From assembly GCF_018977255.1 (NCBI RefSeq), contig NW_024704745.1, positions 15,996,001 through 16,060,000 on the forward strand: DNA of 64,000 nucleotides, given 5' to 3'. Shown here piece by piece: positions 1 through 12,348 of the stretch. This DNA comes from Callorhinchus milii. Taxonomy: Eukaryota. Position numbers and translations under genes: made by a program. Under the pieces are notes generated by a model. The model saw nothing but the letters and a program-made list of their open reading frames with translations. It ran no database searches and was not told the DNA's origin. Each line of letters begins with the position of its first letter. The first letter of the stretch is position 1.

Positions 1-918
1 CTTTGGACATTTAAAAGTTTGGTTGGCAAAGTATTAAACATCAGAGCAAATAGGGACTATCCGGTGAAAACAAAATCAAGACCAGCAGAAAACAAACAAT
101 GTCTGGTAAAGGTACACAAGTATCAAAACTACTGTCAACAAGCTAAAATGTGTTTAAAAAAGTGCTAAAATTGTTGTACTATATTTGTAAATTAATTTTA
201 TTCGCATTTATAATAATACTTGCATTTGGTATAGAACTTTATCACATCATCGAGACATCTCAAAGTGCTTCATAAGATAAAAAAGTAAAGTGGATTGACT
301 ATATATTTTGTGGTCGAACGTGGCAGCCAGTTTGTGCATAGCAAAGCTTATAATCTACAGCAGTTACATTCACATTTAAATTTAGTGAGCATTACTAATT
401 CAGGAAATTATATACAATTTAATAAGTGTTTTGACAATTACAACTTTTGGGCACATTTGTCAATTAAATTGAGACACAAGCATTTGGAATAATATACATA
501 CTGCTTTTTCCTATTGAAATAAAAAGAATCACAATTTGCTTAAATATTACCAATATTTTTCTTTTTTCAACCTAATTTTATCTGTCATATTTTGGAGTTC
601 TTCTGATGATGTTTGAAATTGATGTTTAATAATTGAGATTTGCATGTGTTCTACATTATTCAGATTCTTTTTTATATGTACTGGTGTATAACTCTCAAGT
701 ATACAGTCAAGAGTCAGAAACCACTATTTAGAAACTTCTCCAATATATCCAATATCCATATATTGGAATGGTTCTCACAAATCAGGCTTTCTTTCACACA
801 AGAAAGAAGGCTTTCAAAGAAGCCTTTCATACTGATAAAGGAAGTTAGTAGAGAATAATTGGTTAACTTCTACTCTCCATACAGCAAGTTAGTTATAATT
901 TCTGCAGAATTTTCTCAC

Positions 919-1399
919 CTGTTCTACTCAAATTAGATGTTACTATTTTAAAATCTGCTGTATCTAGCTCCCAGGCAAGCAGCTGTTTTCCATGGAGGTC
1001 AGACAAAGTGCCTATTTCTGCATTACCTCTGTGGGTCACATCTGGAGGGTCAACCTGAATGTCTGCATAAGTAGCTGCATCCATCTGAGCATCTGCTGAA
1101 GTATCATCTTGCAAAGGAATTGCATCATTAGAAGAAAGAGGCGCATTCGCAATAATAGTGGCCTGGTTTAATAAACCATAATCTGAACAGACATTATAAA
1201 ACACTTCTTGAGCTTGGAGCACAGGAAACTTCCATGTCCTATGTCCGGTTTCAAGAGGACAAAGGCAAGTGCCACGATAGGAGAGCAAATCTGCATTAGA
1301 AGCTTTTGGTCCGTCACCAGCAGCAAACTCTTCAATGACATTGAAACTATTTGTATTCTCAGTAGGCTTTGCTGGTTGATTTTCTGTAGAGTTGGGCAT
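919..1399 (-). CDS. BIVM: BIVM first coding exon (gene continues beyond the left edge of the window)
   Basis: ORF MPNSTEN...GHRTWKFPV...CSDYGLLNQAT...GKQLLAWELD resembles the human BIVM N-terminus (GHYPWSCPV...CSDYAFLNQAT...GKLPLAWEID). Donor G|GTGAG at 919/918; likely acceptor TTTTCAG just above 1550, giving exon 919-1550. Confidence 0.88.
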
Positions 1400-2479
1400 T
1401 GAATGGAGATATTTAGTATGGATTGAAGTGCCTTGAAAGAAGTGTAGTCATCAAGTTGTTTGTCTTTTGATACATTCAAGTTATTGGTCTTTCAATTTTT
1501 AATTGATAAATTTCATCTTAGGATAATCATGTTTTACTGCCACCCAAAATCTGAAAAATGATAAACAAAAATGAATATGAATGTTAATATTTCGACCAAA
1601 CCAATTTGTAAATAATCATGTTACAACAAGCTTATTTACACTTAGTGTCCTGTACACTAGAATTTAAACTAAAGCTCAAATCAGGATTTTAAATTGTTGA
1701 GTGCATTTTAATACAAATTTCAAAATGGCTCAAATGTTGACAGGTTACAGCACCAGAAAAATCTTGAAATTAAACCAACCAATAAGAATTATTCTGCTGA
1801 AATGACTAAATACTCTCATCTTTTGTACTTCACAGTGCATAACAACAACAACAAGAACTTGCACTTGTATCGCGCCCTCAATGTAGGATAGCGCCGCCGA
1901 GCGCTTAACAGTAATAATTACTATTATTAATTACACAATCTACAAAATTTACATAATCTACTGGGGCAGGGGGCACCACACACCAGTTATAAGGGGTTAA
2001 AGCAGATTGTCTGGCAAACTATTGGCAACTGACAGTAGTTAATATTTTTAACTTGCAAATGCCACAATGGGAAACGAGATTCGCCTTCTTTTTTTAAACA
2101 AAGAAAGGCTCGTGTCGCTCTTTACCGGGAACAGCCTGGACCATTCCACCTCCAAAACATACAGTCAACTCACTGTACAGGACTATTGGGGGGTGAAGCG
2201 CTTTGAGAACATCTCAACAATGTGATGAGGCGCTGTATCAAATGCAAGGATTATTATTGGTATTATTATTATTATCATGATATAGCCTCGAAGTGTGGGG
2301 GTGTGGGGAGTGTGTGTGGAGAGGTCTCTGGTCACTCTGCATCATTCCCCCCTTACAAGTCCCTCAACCAACAAGCAACCGCCGTCTTACAGCTCATCGC
2401 CACCACCGCCCCACCCAACCCGCTCGCAAAGGGAAACAAAACTATACGTAGCAAATACTCAATAGTTACCCAATGTGAA

Positions 2480-2838
2480 GGCCACACGGGCGAGAGGACG
2501 CGTCCCGGTTAAGCCTCGTTGCTCAGGCGACACCGCGCGCGCCCGCGCCCGCGCCCACGTCCGTCCCTTCCCGCGGGCTGTGCCATTGCCACACACAAGG
2601 GACGCAGCACACCCACGCCGTCGTCCATTGACCACGATCAGAGCCCGAAGCCGAAGCTTTTGACGCGACTCTCTCCTGATCACCGGGAAAGGCAAGAACA
2701 AAGCGCGCGTTAAAAAATATCCGGGTTTATTTTTCTAAAATCCCTAAATATTACATTTCGCCTCCCGCCTCCCCCCCCCCGCCTCTTGTATTTTGGTTAC
2801 ATCCATACGTCACCACTGTGACAGCGTCGTGTGGGCTC

Positions 2839-2871
<33 letters not shown>

Positions 2872-3420
2872 CCGCCTTTTTTTCTCAGACCCACCCCCGT
2901 AGTTTTTAATTTGGAACATTAACGAAGCCGGACATGTTACTGCCGTCGACAAATTGTGCATCTTTCACTTATTACCGAATCGGTTGATCGATCTGGAGAG
3001 AGGGACGGGCGCGTTCCTCGAGGCCAAACCGCTCGCGCCGACTCATTCCTCCGACCACCCCCCACCCACCACCTCCAAGACTACATTTCCCGTCGAGCAC
3101 CGCGGCGGGGCCGGCCGGTCGAAGTCGTCCTATCGGCCTGACTGTTGCTCGTCAGGCGCTCGCCGGCGAACCAATGAGCGGCGTCCATGTCGCACGACGG
3201 GTCTCGGGTCTGTTGTCTGGACGCGAGAGATGCGGTTAAAGGGACGGAGGATGGCACCTGCGGCTGCCGGGCGGGAGGATGCGGCTCCGTGTATTTTTTT
3301 TTCTCTCTCCCCCTTTCTCAACGGTCTAATTTTCCCAAACCAGGCGGCGGCGGCGGCGGCGATGAGGAGATAAAGTACAGTTGGGGGCCCCGTGTAACTT
3401 AAGCTCGTGTACAGCTCAGA
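2480..3420. promoter_or_regulatory. CpG island / bidirectional promoter shared by BIVM (-) and POGLUT2 (+)
   Basis: GC- and CpG-rich stretch in AT-rich surroundings, between divergent genes. CCAAT at 3171 and a GC-box-like motif near 3103-3112. The same head-to-head pair exists in human. Confidence 0.85.
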
Positions 3421-3593
3421 GAAACTTCAGTCACAGAGAAGCACCAGAGGTTCCCTTTGTTTCGGTCACACAGACTCGACTCGGACATTGTTAACCCGGA
3501 GTTGGGTTTGGGATCTGACGCGGATTTTTGTTTTTGCGCCACCTCACCTCTTGCTTAGACTATCACTGTTTTTTTTAAAAATTTATATATGCA

Positions 3594-3617
3594 CATATAT
3601 ATATATATATATATATA
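3594..3617. repeat. (AT)n microsatellite just upstream of the POGLUT2 start codon
   Basis: Directly visible atatat... run ending ~16 nt before ATG 3634. Confidence 0.9.
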
Positions 3618-3633
3618 CACGGGATACCTAAAA

Positions 3634-3809
3634 ATGACAGAACATTTGTCATTTTTCACTTTCATCGCAATAATTACACTCGCAGTTGTTCAAAGTGCAG
3701 GCACAGTGAGTCCCCAAAAAAGTTTAGTTTGGGGCCCTGGTCTGGAGGCAGATATAGTTCTTCCAGCTCGATATTTCTATATTCAAGCTGTGGAAGAGGA
3801 CGGTGGCAA
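3634..3809 (+). CDS. POGLUT2: POGLUT2 (KDELC1, protein O-glucosyltransferase 2) exon 1: signal peptide and start of filamin-like repeat
   Basis: [23 protein letters not shown]...[21 protein letters not shown]; donor AA|GTAAGT. Confidence 0.93.
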
Positions 3810-5326
3810 GTAAGTAATCCACACTTTGCACGTTCACTTGCAACACCCGTTTGTATACACATTTAATAATATCAACCCAGTTGGCAGCCAACAGAGAGCT
3901 TCCATTTCAATTATTAGGAAAGATTTATTAAAGCACTTGCCCTCACCACTTTATAACTTCAGAGCAGTGGTTCTCAAACATTGTTTAGCCTCAGTGTGCA
4001 ATCACTATCACTTGCTGGTTGGTGGCTGCAATGCTGGTTTTTCCTAAACCAAACTTACAAATTCTGTGAAAAATAAAGGATGCACAATGTAGATATTATA
4101 CACATCTCAAATGGTTTTCATTTATTTCTGTATGTTTAACAAGCCATGTTTGAGGAAACGCTTTTTCTCACAACATCTTGCACAGACGATAAGAACAGCA
4201 CAATAAATGAAATATATTTGAGATGTGCAATGAAAATTATAATCATTAGGGACTAGGCTTGACAGTGCTAAGATTGATAGGATTTGTTATCAAAAATGTA
4301 TATCATAGAATCATACAGGACAGAAAGAGGCCATTCGGCCCGTCGTGTCTGCCGGCTCCGAAAAGAGCAATCCAACTCAATCCCACTGGCCCACCTTCTC
4401 TCCATAGCCCTGCAATCTTGTCCTCCCCAAATACCCATCTACTTCGCTCTTAAAAGTTGTTATTGAATCGGCTTCCACAATCCTTTCAGGATAATGCATT
4501 CCATGCATTGCTAAACTGTAGCAATTTTTTTTACCTCTGCACCTATTGGTGAGTGAGAATTCAGCCGTTCTACTCTGCTCTCTAGAGCTCCATTCCCAGA
4601 CTCTGTCTCACCTCCTCCCCTCCCATCTTTAAAATCTGTCTTAAAAATAAAGATCTATCTCTTAAACTGTGCTTTTGGTCACCTACTTTACCCCCCCAAC
4701 CCCACCCCTCCATTCGCCCAATTTTGGGCTCCCAGTCAGCTGTGAAATGTTTTGAGACATCCTGTTATGGGTGTTTTGCCCACAAAATATATTGTCAATC
4801 CATTTTACAGTATATTCCATGAAGCACTTTTGAGACATAACTATGAACATGATAAGGAGCTATATTAAATGCAAGAATTATTAATATTATGAAAAGCACT
4901 TATATAAATAAATTGCTATTGATTTTGTATGTTACATAACATCCTGACCCATTCACTCTTGTAATCAACTTTACTGTCAGGATGTCATCCCGATGTCGGG
5001 AGGACGCCTTTCACGTCCTCCCGGCATGAAAATTACAAATGTAATTTTGTTGTTGTTGTACTGATATAATATTGGCAAATTTGTGAAAAGGAAAGTTTTT
5101 TTTAAACAGAGAAAGAAATCTATCTATTTTTGCATATACTAGAATTGGGAAATTAATTATAAATTTAATGGATCATTGTGATTTTGAGTCTGAATTTGTG
5201 TTTTTCTAATTTCCCATCATTCGGGTGACACTCACTTCTCTAATGTTTCTCTTAGAAACTTAGAGAAACATTAGAGAAGTGAGTGTCTTATTGTTGCCCC
5301 TGTTAATTATCTTTTTTTTCCTACAG

Positions 5327-5532
5327 CTTCACTTCTTCACCAGGTGAAAATATATTTACAGTGAATATTTATTCTCCTGGAGAGCTGTACACTAGGATTT
5401 GGGTGCAAGTACTAGATAGAAATGATGGATCCTTCCTTGTCAGGTATAAAATGTATGCAAGCTACACAGAGCTGGTGATACAAATTCAAGCCCAGGAGGA
5501 ACACGTGGATCATTCACCGTATTTTATGAAAG
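5327..5532 (+). CDS. POGLUT2: POGLUT2 exon 2
   Basis: Polypyrimidine tract + CAG; FTSSPGE...QVLDRNDGSFLVRYKMYASY...SPYFMKG; donor G|GTACT. Confidence 0.95.
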
Positions 5533-6268
5533 GTACTATCTTATACAATACTAATGAACCGTTCAGGTGTATCTTTTTTGTGTTCAGGCACACGCTGCCA
5601 ATTAATAGGATGGGGGGGTGTACGTTTTTGGGTCCAATCCTGAGTTCTGGATCATAGCCAGGCTATCCATAGATAAAGAGGTAGATGTGGTGGTTAATTC
5701 AGCACAGACTTTTCTGCCTGGCAAATAGGCAAGGTTGTGAATGGATGGATTGAAATGTGCATCTGATATACTAACTATGCCCACGTTCTCAATGTTACAA
5801 CAACAACAAAAAAATTACATTTATATAGCACACATTGCTTAAAATTGTTACAAATAATGTTTTGTTACAAAATAAATTTAATGCTATATTTGATATAGCA
5901 CCTTTCATGTCAGCAGAACATCTCAAAACGCTTCAAAGTGAAGTGACTGTATTTGTAGGCAAACATGGCAGCCAGTTTGTGCACAGCACTGACCCACAAA
6001 CGGTCATCAAGTGAATGATCAATTTTATTTGGAGTATTATTGGCCAAGACACTGGGAGAAACCGCCTTCTCTCTTTGAATTGTGACATGGGATCTTTAAT
6101 GTTCACCAACCACTCACCAATCATTACGTAATTAGAAGAAAATTAGAAGAATTGCCTAATAGAACCCTAAAAGAAAACAATTCCACCAAGGGCATACAGT
6201 ATTTGGATAAAGGCTACGATAAAACAATTGCTTGTTGTGTTAATGAATTTATGTTTTCATTTGGTCTT

Positions 6269-6508
6269 ATAATAATAATAATAATCCTTGCATTTGATAT
6301 AGCGCTTTTCACGTCGGGAGGACGTCCCAAAGCGCTTCACAGAACACACTGTAAAGTGAATTGACTGCATATTTGTGGGCAAACGCGGCAGCCAATTGCG
6401 CACAGCAATGTCCCACAAACAGTCGTAGATTGAAAATGACCAATTTTTATTATTATTTTTGGTTTTGGAGGGATTATTATTAGGCGTGTGGAGTAAGGAA
6501 ACTTGCCC
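6269..6508 (-). mobile_element. 5'-truncated tRNA/Deu-like SINE
   Basis: Near-identical to the 3' part of the copies at 28787 and 45583; (TTA)n tail. Confidence 0.85.
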
Positions 6509-6553
6509 CTTATGCCTTTATTAATAACAGCAAATGTGTTTATGTCCCAATAG

Positions 6554-6759
6554 GTCCTTTGTACCACGAGTCCTGTGATTGTCCCCAAGAAGATGCAGCC
6601 AAATGGTACAAGGACATGCACTGCCCTCAGTCTTTTGCACAGATACAGCAAGATCTGTCTTATTTTCCTTTTGTGGATCCTGACAGAATTGCTACAGAAA
6701 TTCCAAAGAGATTTGGCCAACGACAAAGTCTGTGCCACTACACAATAAAAGATAATAAG
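6554..6759 (+). CDS. POGLUT2: POGLUT2 exon 3
   Basis: [10 protein letters not shown]...[12 protein letters not shown]; AG/GT boundaries, phases consistent. Confidence 0.95.
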
Positions 6760-7042
6760 GTACTTATTTCTAAAGTTATCTGCTAGTTTAACGATGGTGC
6801 TATAATGGTATGATTACAGGGAAATAGAATTTCCCTTGTTCAATGTACAAAAGTAGAAAACAAAAAATAATGAACATATATTTATAGTGCGTTATCGAAA
6901 CACCTAGAAGTTCTTTACAGTCATTGTTAAGGATAGTGATTGTTTCACAGTTAAATCGGCACTGCTGCTTGTATTCTGTGGTAAATGATCCAAAATTCAC
7001 TCTCCTGTTGACAATGTACATGCATTGTGATTCCTGTTTTAG

Positions 7043-7120
7043 GTGTACGTGAAAACATTTGGGGAACATGTTGGCTTTCGGATATTCATGGATTCCATTT
7101 TGCTCTCACTGACTCGAAAA
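7043..7120 (+). CDS. POGLUT2: POGLUT2 exon 4
   Basis: [26 protein letters not shown]; donor GTAAGT. Confidence 0.95.
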
Positions 7121-7365
7121 GTAAGTAGTCTTACTGTACACATTTCACCTAGCAATGAGACATTTGAAACTCATGGATTCCTACTGAATTTAATAGTTGG
7201 CTTTGTGAATGTTTCCTTTGTGTGTGCAAACTAACTCACGTCATGCTGTCCCATTGTGAAGTTCAGCAATCTCTTGCTATTTTCTATGTAAATTAACAGC
7301 TATTAGAGCTGCTTTGATTCTGTTCCCTTTTAACAAAAGATGCTGTCATTGGATCCTAATCAGAC

Positions 7366-7590
7366 TTTAGCCACTCTGCCCCCAACCTCTGGAATTCCAT
7401 CCCCCAATTCCACCTCGCCCCCTCCTTAGCCTTAAAAACCCTCCTGTTCGACCATGCCGTTGGTCACCCCCACTTCCCCTCCTGTCCCTTCTCCCTCCCT
7501 GACCCCAGCTTGGGTCTGAAATGCCAGGGCCTTGGGACTTCCTCCCGACGTGAAAGGCACTATACAAATGTAATCTTGTTGTTGTTGTTT
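7366..7590 (+). mobile_element. L2 LINE 3' end fragment
   Basis: Same 3' UTR and TACAAATGTAATC(TTG)n tail as the RT-bearing copies. Confidence 0.75.
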
Positions 7591-8177
7591 CCAAAGAGAT
7601 TGAAGCATTTTGAGTTTTTTTAAAAATATTGGATCTTCTGCCCAGTAGTAACATCAGTAACTGCAGCCCGAACCTCTGCATCTCCCTTCCTCTATCCCTC
7701 TGTCTTTAAATCCTACTGAAATACCTACTCTTCACCTGTGCTTATGAATACTTCCCTTTTCCCCAGCTTCGGGGTCTCTAATTAATGATCACTTACCTCT
7801 GCCCTTCATCCTTTTTCTCTTTTTCGTAACCTTTCTTGAAAGCGCTCTGAGAGGTTATCCTATGTGTGGGGCTCTGTATAAATTCAAATTATTGTTCTTA
7901 GAAAAGAATGAAATGTAATAATCCTTATGTTTGACATAGTGCCTTATCACATTGGCGAGACGTCTCAAAGTGCTTCACATGATATACTGAACACAGGAGA
8001 TGTGCCTTTTCATGTGTTTCAAAGACTAAACGTTCAGTTTGGCTGTGTTGAAGTCTTGCGGAACACACCACAACTAGCGTTGCAAAGATGAGAGTTGACA
8101 TGGGCGTGGGTTTCGGGGGATGATTCTCTAATTAAATGCTGGTGGTTTGTGTTCATGCTAATGTGTTTTGCTTTTAG

Positions 8178-8350
8178 GTAAAAATGCAAGATTTAGAGTT
8201 CTTTGTAAATCTCGGCGACTGGCCTTTAGAAAAGAGAAAACCTACAGAGAAGCTTCACCCTATTTTCTCCTGGTGTGGGTCAAATAACACAAGAGACATT
8301 GTAATGCCAACTTACGACATAACAGATTCAGTTCTAGAAACTATGGGACG
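8178..8350 (+). CDS. POGLUT2: POGLUT2 exon 5
   Basis: [19 protein letters not shown]...PIFSWCGS...DIVMPTYD...LETMGR (CAP10/GT90 domain). Not in the ORF track; read directly. Confidence 0.95.
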
Positions 8351-8611
8351 GTAAGACGCTATTTACAATCGAGGCACATAAAATTGATTTAGAATCCAGA
8401 TTTACTTTTCATTAACCGTGTGCCAGGAGTCCAAAATATACCATTAACTAATAATAATAATTACATTTGGTATAGCACTTTTCACATCCGGAGGTATCAA
8501 AGCACTTCACAGGATATACTGTAAAGTGGAGTGACTGTTTAGTAGATGAATACAGGAGCCAATTTGTACACAGCAAGGCCCCCCAAATAGTCATGAAGTG
8601 GCTGATCAGTT

Positions 8612-9829
8612 TTATCTGTCCATCTGTGACCAGGGCTCCCTCTGCCTCCTTGTCCCCCTTGACCTCTCTGCTGCCTTCAACACTGTCGACCACTCTATCC
8701 TCATCCTCTGCCTCTCCTCTCACCTCAACCTTCATGGCTCTGTCCTTGACTGGTTCAGATCGTACCTCTCACACCGCCTCCACTTCCTCTCCACAATGGT
8801 TTCTCCTCTAGCCACCGCACCGTCTTTTGTGGTGTACCTTAGGGCTCTCTGCTTGGTTCCCTCCTCTTCAATATCTATATGCTCCCTCTTGGTGACATCA
8901 TCCGCAGACATGGGGTCAACTTCCACATGTTTGTGGTTGACAAGCAACTGTACATCTCTGCCTCCACCCTTGACCCCAGTACCACTGCTGTCCTGACAGA
9001 ATGTCTGTCAGACATCAAGTCCTGGATGAGAGGACTTCTTCAGTTGAACATCAACAAGACCGAGGCTCTCCTGATTGGCTCCCGTCAGCGCCTCCTCACC
9101 TTAGGTGCTGATAGCATTACCATCCATAGTTGCACACTCCACCTTGGGGTCTTGTTTGACCCTCAATTATCCTTTCTATCTCGCATCTGTGCCATGACCC
9201 GCTCTGCCTTCTCCCACCTCCTCAACTTTGCCTGGCTCCGCCACTGTCTCACACCGCAGGCCACCAAAACCCTCATACATGCCTTCATTACATCGAGGCT
9301 CGACTATGCAAACCCACTGCTTGTCGGCCTTCCCAACTCCTCCCTCCATAGACTGCAGATCATCCAGAACTCTGCAGCCCCTGACCTCTCCCACACCAGG
9401 CTCTGTGACCCTATCCCCCCCCATCCTCACCTGACTCCACTGGCTTCCCATCACACAGAGGATACAGTTCAAGATCCTGGTCCTCACCTTTAAAACCCTC
9501 CATAGTCTTGCTCTCCCCTATCTCTGCGACCTCCTAATCTCCTACCATCCTTCTCGCTCCCTCCGCTCAGCGGGCTCCGGCCTGCTTCACAGACACTTTT
9601 GGCGGGCGGGCCTTCAGCACTTTGCCCCCACCCTCTGGTACTCCATCCTGCAGTCCCTCCACCTTGCCCCCTCCCTTGCCTCCTTCAAGACCCTCCTCTT
9701 CGACCATGCCGTGCTTCCCCACCTGCCCTCCACCCTCCCCCAGCTCGGGTCCGAAATTCTGACTGTCCAGCACCTTGGGACGTCCTCCCAAAGTGAAAGG
9801 CACTATACAAATGTAATTTTGTTGTTGTT
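8612..9829 (+). mobile_element. 5'-truncated, degraded L2-clade LINE (RT fragment and 3' UTR) in POGLUT2 intron 5
   Basis: [33 protein letters not shown] motifs across frameshifts; (TTG)n tail. Confidence 0.9.
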
Positions 9830-9839
9830 CTATTTGGGG

Positions 9840-10110
9840 CTTGTTGGCTAGGTCAATGGGAGAAACTTTTTCTTTTCGAAGAGTTTCACAGGATCTTCAA
9901 CATCCACCTAAAACAGGCAGGTGGGACCTTGATTTAATGTCTCATTTGAAGGAAGGTACCTTTGACAATGCAACCCCCGCCACCCCATAGCCACCACCAC
10001 CTAGCACTGCATTGGAATCTAGACTAGATGAGTTTCAAGTCCCAACGTGGGGCTTGAACCCACAACCTTTTGGCTTGGGTGAGAGTGCTATCAACTGAGC
10101 CAGGCTAACA
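9840..10110 (-). mobile_element. Old Deu-like SINE, 5' part
   Basis: Reverse complement has a tRNA-like head (GGCTCAGTTGATAGCACTCTC...GGTTCAAGCCC) and the body shared with copies at ~42900, 50040 and 51080. Confidence 0.65.
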
Positions 10111-11992
10111 TATGTTAAGACACATTCAGTTTGCTATTTGTGATCCTTTTATGCTTGTTGGTCTATCTAGCTTAATGCTAGTAAAATGTCGACCTAAATT
10201 CTAGGAATGCACAAATGGCAGTAGAATCATGAATGCTGACTTGATCTAAATTCACTTTCCACGAAACAAAGCAGTATCATTTACTGTTATCTCCTTTTAT
10301 GCAACTGATGTTGCCATGGGGAACCAGAGGTACTGACTGATTAACCTGGATTAAAAGTTTCTAATATCTTCAGAGCTACTGATCAATAATTAATAGTGTA
10401 TTCAGGTTTCAGCCATTCAGAGTTAATTAGCTAAATGTTACACAATCCTAAGTATTGAAATATTTGATTAATTTACAAGGCAGCACTCTTTCAAAGGATT
10501 GATCTACAAAAAAGCGATCTGCACATGCTGGTCTCTGTTACCCATTGTCCTTGGATTTTTATAGGTTATAAATAATTACAGTACTCCTAATTGTTCAGAA
10601 GTATTATTAGAATTAGAAGTAAAGTAAAAAATAAAACAAAAAAAGGGGACACAATACTTCTGACTAAAATCTATTTATCAAAATTGCAAGGCAAAACGAT
10701 GCCCGAAAATTACAATGTTACCTTAAGGAGCTTTTTATTCCATGACATCTCTGATGAGTGATGTTAATTTTCTGTAATTGAGGATCATGTTTTTAAAATG
10801 TAAAACCATTAAATTTGGTCGTTTGCCTAAGATCAAGTTTAGTTCTAACGGTACGTGGTAACAGATGTTGATCTGACAAATCGATCATATTGAAATGGCT
10901 GCAGTATTTTTATGACTTAGGGCTAATGCCCACGCTGCCTTTTGGTAGTTTAAGGAGTTTGATTTTGTGCTTCGTGAGTTTTTTAATTCATCTTGCAGAG
11001 CTGGATTAAATGTTTGAGGATAATTTTAGAATGAAATCAATTCGGAATGGGAGCAATTTAAAAAAAAATTACTGAATGCATAATTTGTTTTTGCATTTAC
11101 GTTTTTCCTCGCAAGAGAGAATTTATTCAGATTGATTTTTATAAATAAAATGACTGTAAATGAAGATGGTATTTCACATTAAAATGGGAGTGATTCTGCT
11201 GTTGTTGCTAAAATGATCATTCTTTTCCCTACAGCATTATAATGGGAAGTAACACTCTAATGTCTTAGCTAAAGGACTATTATTTTTAGAATATGCTCTT
11301 CCGTTGCCTTGGTAATAGTTCTGCTTCATTTACATTTTGAGGGTAGTCTATTGTCCGTTGTCAACAGTGATATCACAGTGGTTGAACAACATTGTGTTAT
11401 TGATTGTGAATAAGATTCTGAACAAATGTACAAATTCTGTATTCCTATGCTGTCTTGAATGAAAGTTTTACGATTTACGGGAAAAATACACATAGCCCCC
11501 AGGCACATAGCCCCCCCCCACCACACACAGGCTCCATCCCCTCTGCCTCACCATTGGCATGTGCACGTTTAGCCACTAGGAATCCGCTGTTTGGAACTCT
11601 CTCCCGAGATCCTTTTCCTTGTTCTTTTCCATTCTCTGTTTCGCTCCCTCTCTCTATGTCTCGCTCCTTTATTCTGCTTTCCAAAAAAAATCTACAAAAC
11701 AATCTCTTTGACTTTGCCTTTGTTCATCTCCCATCCATTCTTCCAACCCCATCTCCGACCCAGGTTCTCACTCCTAATCTGTAAAACGATTTGAGAATTC
11801 TCCTAAATGAAAGGCATAAATTTAAGTGTAAATTGTTAAAATGAACAGATTGGTGTAGTACCATCTTTCCCCATTAGATGACCACCTTTGTAATAATTCA
11901 AAGTGGCACAAAGACAGTTACACCATTGAACGGAAATAACCATCTCAAACATGAGTATGTTGATTATTTGGAATACTACATCTGAGTGTGCG

Positions 11993-12348
11993 AATAATAA
12001 TAATCTTTGCATTTGATATAGTGCTTTTCACGTCTTCTAGACGTCTCAAAGTGCTTCACAGAATATACTGTAAAGTGAATTGACCGTATATTTGTGGGAG
12101 CCAATTGCACACAGCAGTGTCCCACAAACAGTCGTAGATTGAGTGACCAAATCACTATTTTTTTTGATGGATTATTATCCCCGGAAAAGTGACCCGCCAT
12201 CGACTAACAACCAGATTCCTACTTACTGCTGGATAAACAGAATTGTGTGGGGTAAGGAAACTTGCGCACTATTTTGGCCTTGCCGGGAATAGAACCTGGG
12301 TATCTCGCTTGTGGGGCGAGTGCTCTAACCACTGAGCTACAGGACTCC
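11993..12348 (-). mobile_element. Full-length tRNA-derived SINE (longer subfamily)
   Basis: Head GGAGTCCTGTAGCTCAGTGGTTAGAGCA with A box and B-box-like motif; L2-like tail. Confidence 0.88.

Noticed and set aside
2222-3402. Several Arg/Pro/Ala-rich ORFs on both strands
   Set aside because: Stop-poor GC-rich promoter DNA; no recognisable protein.
10741-10790. TGATGA/CTGA words with CATGA...TCATG ends, suggestive of a C/D snoRNA
   Set aside because: Box order and spacing do not fit a C/D layout, and it is too short.
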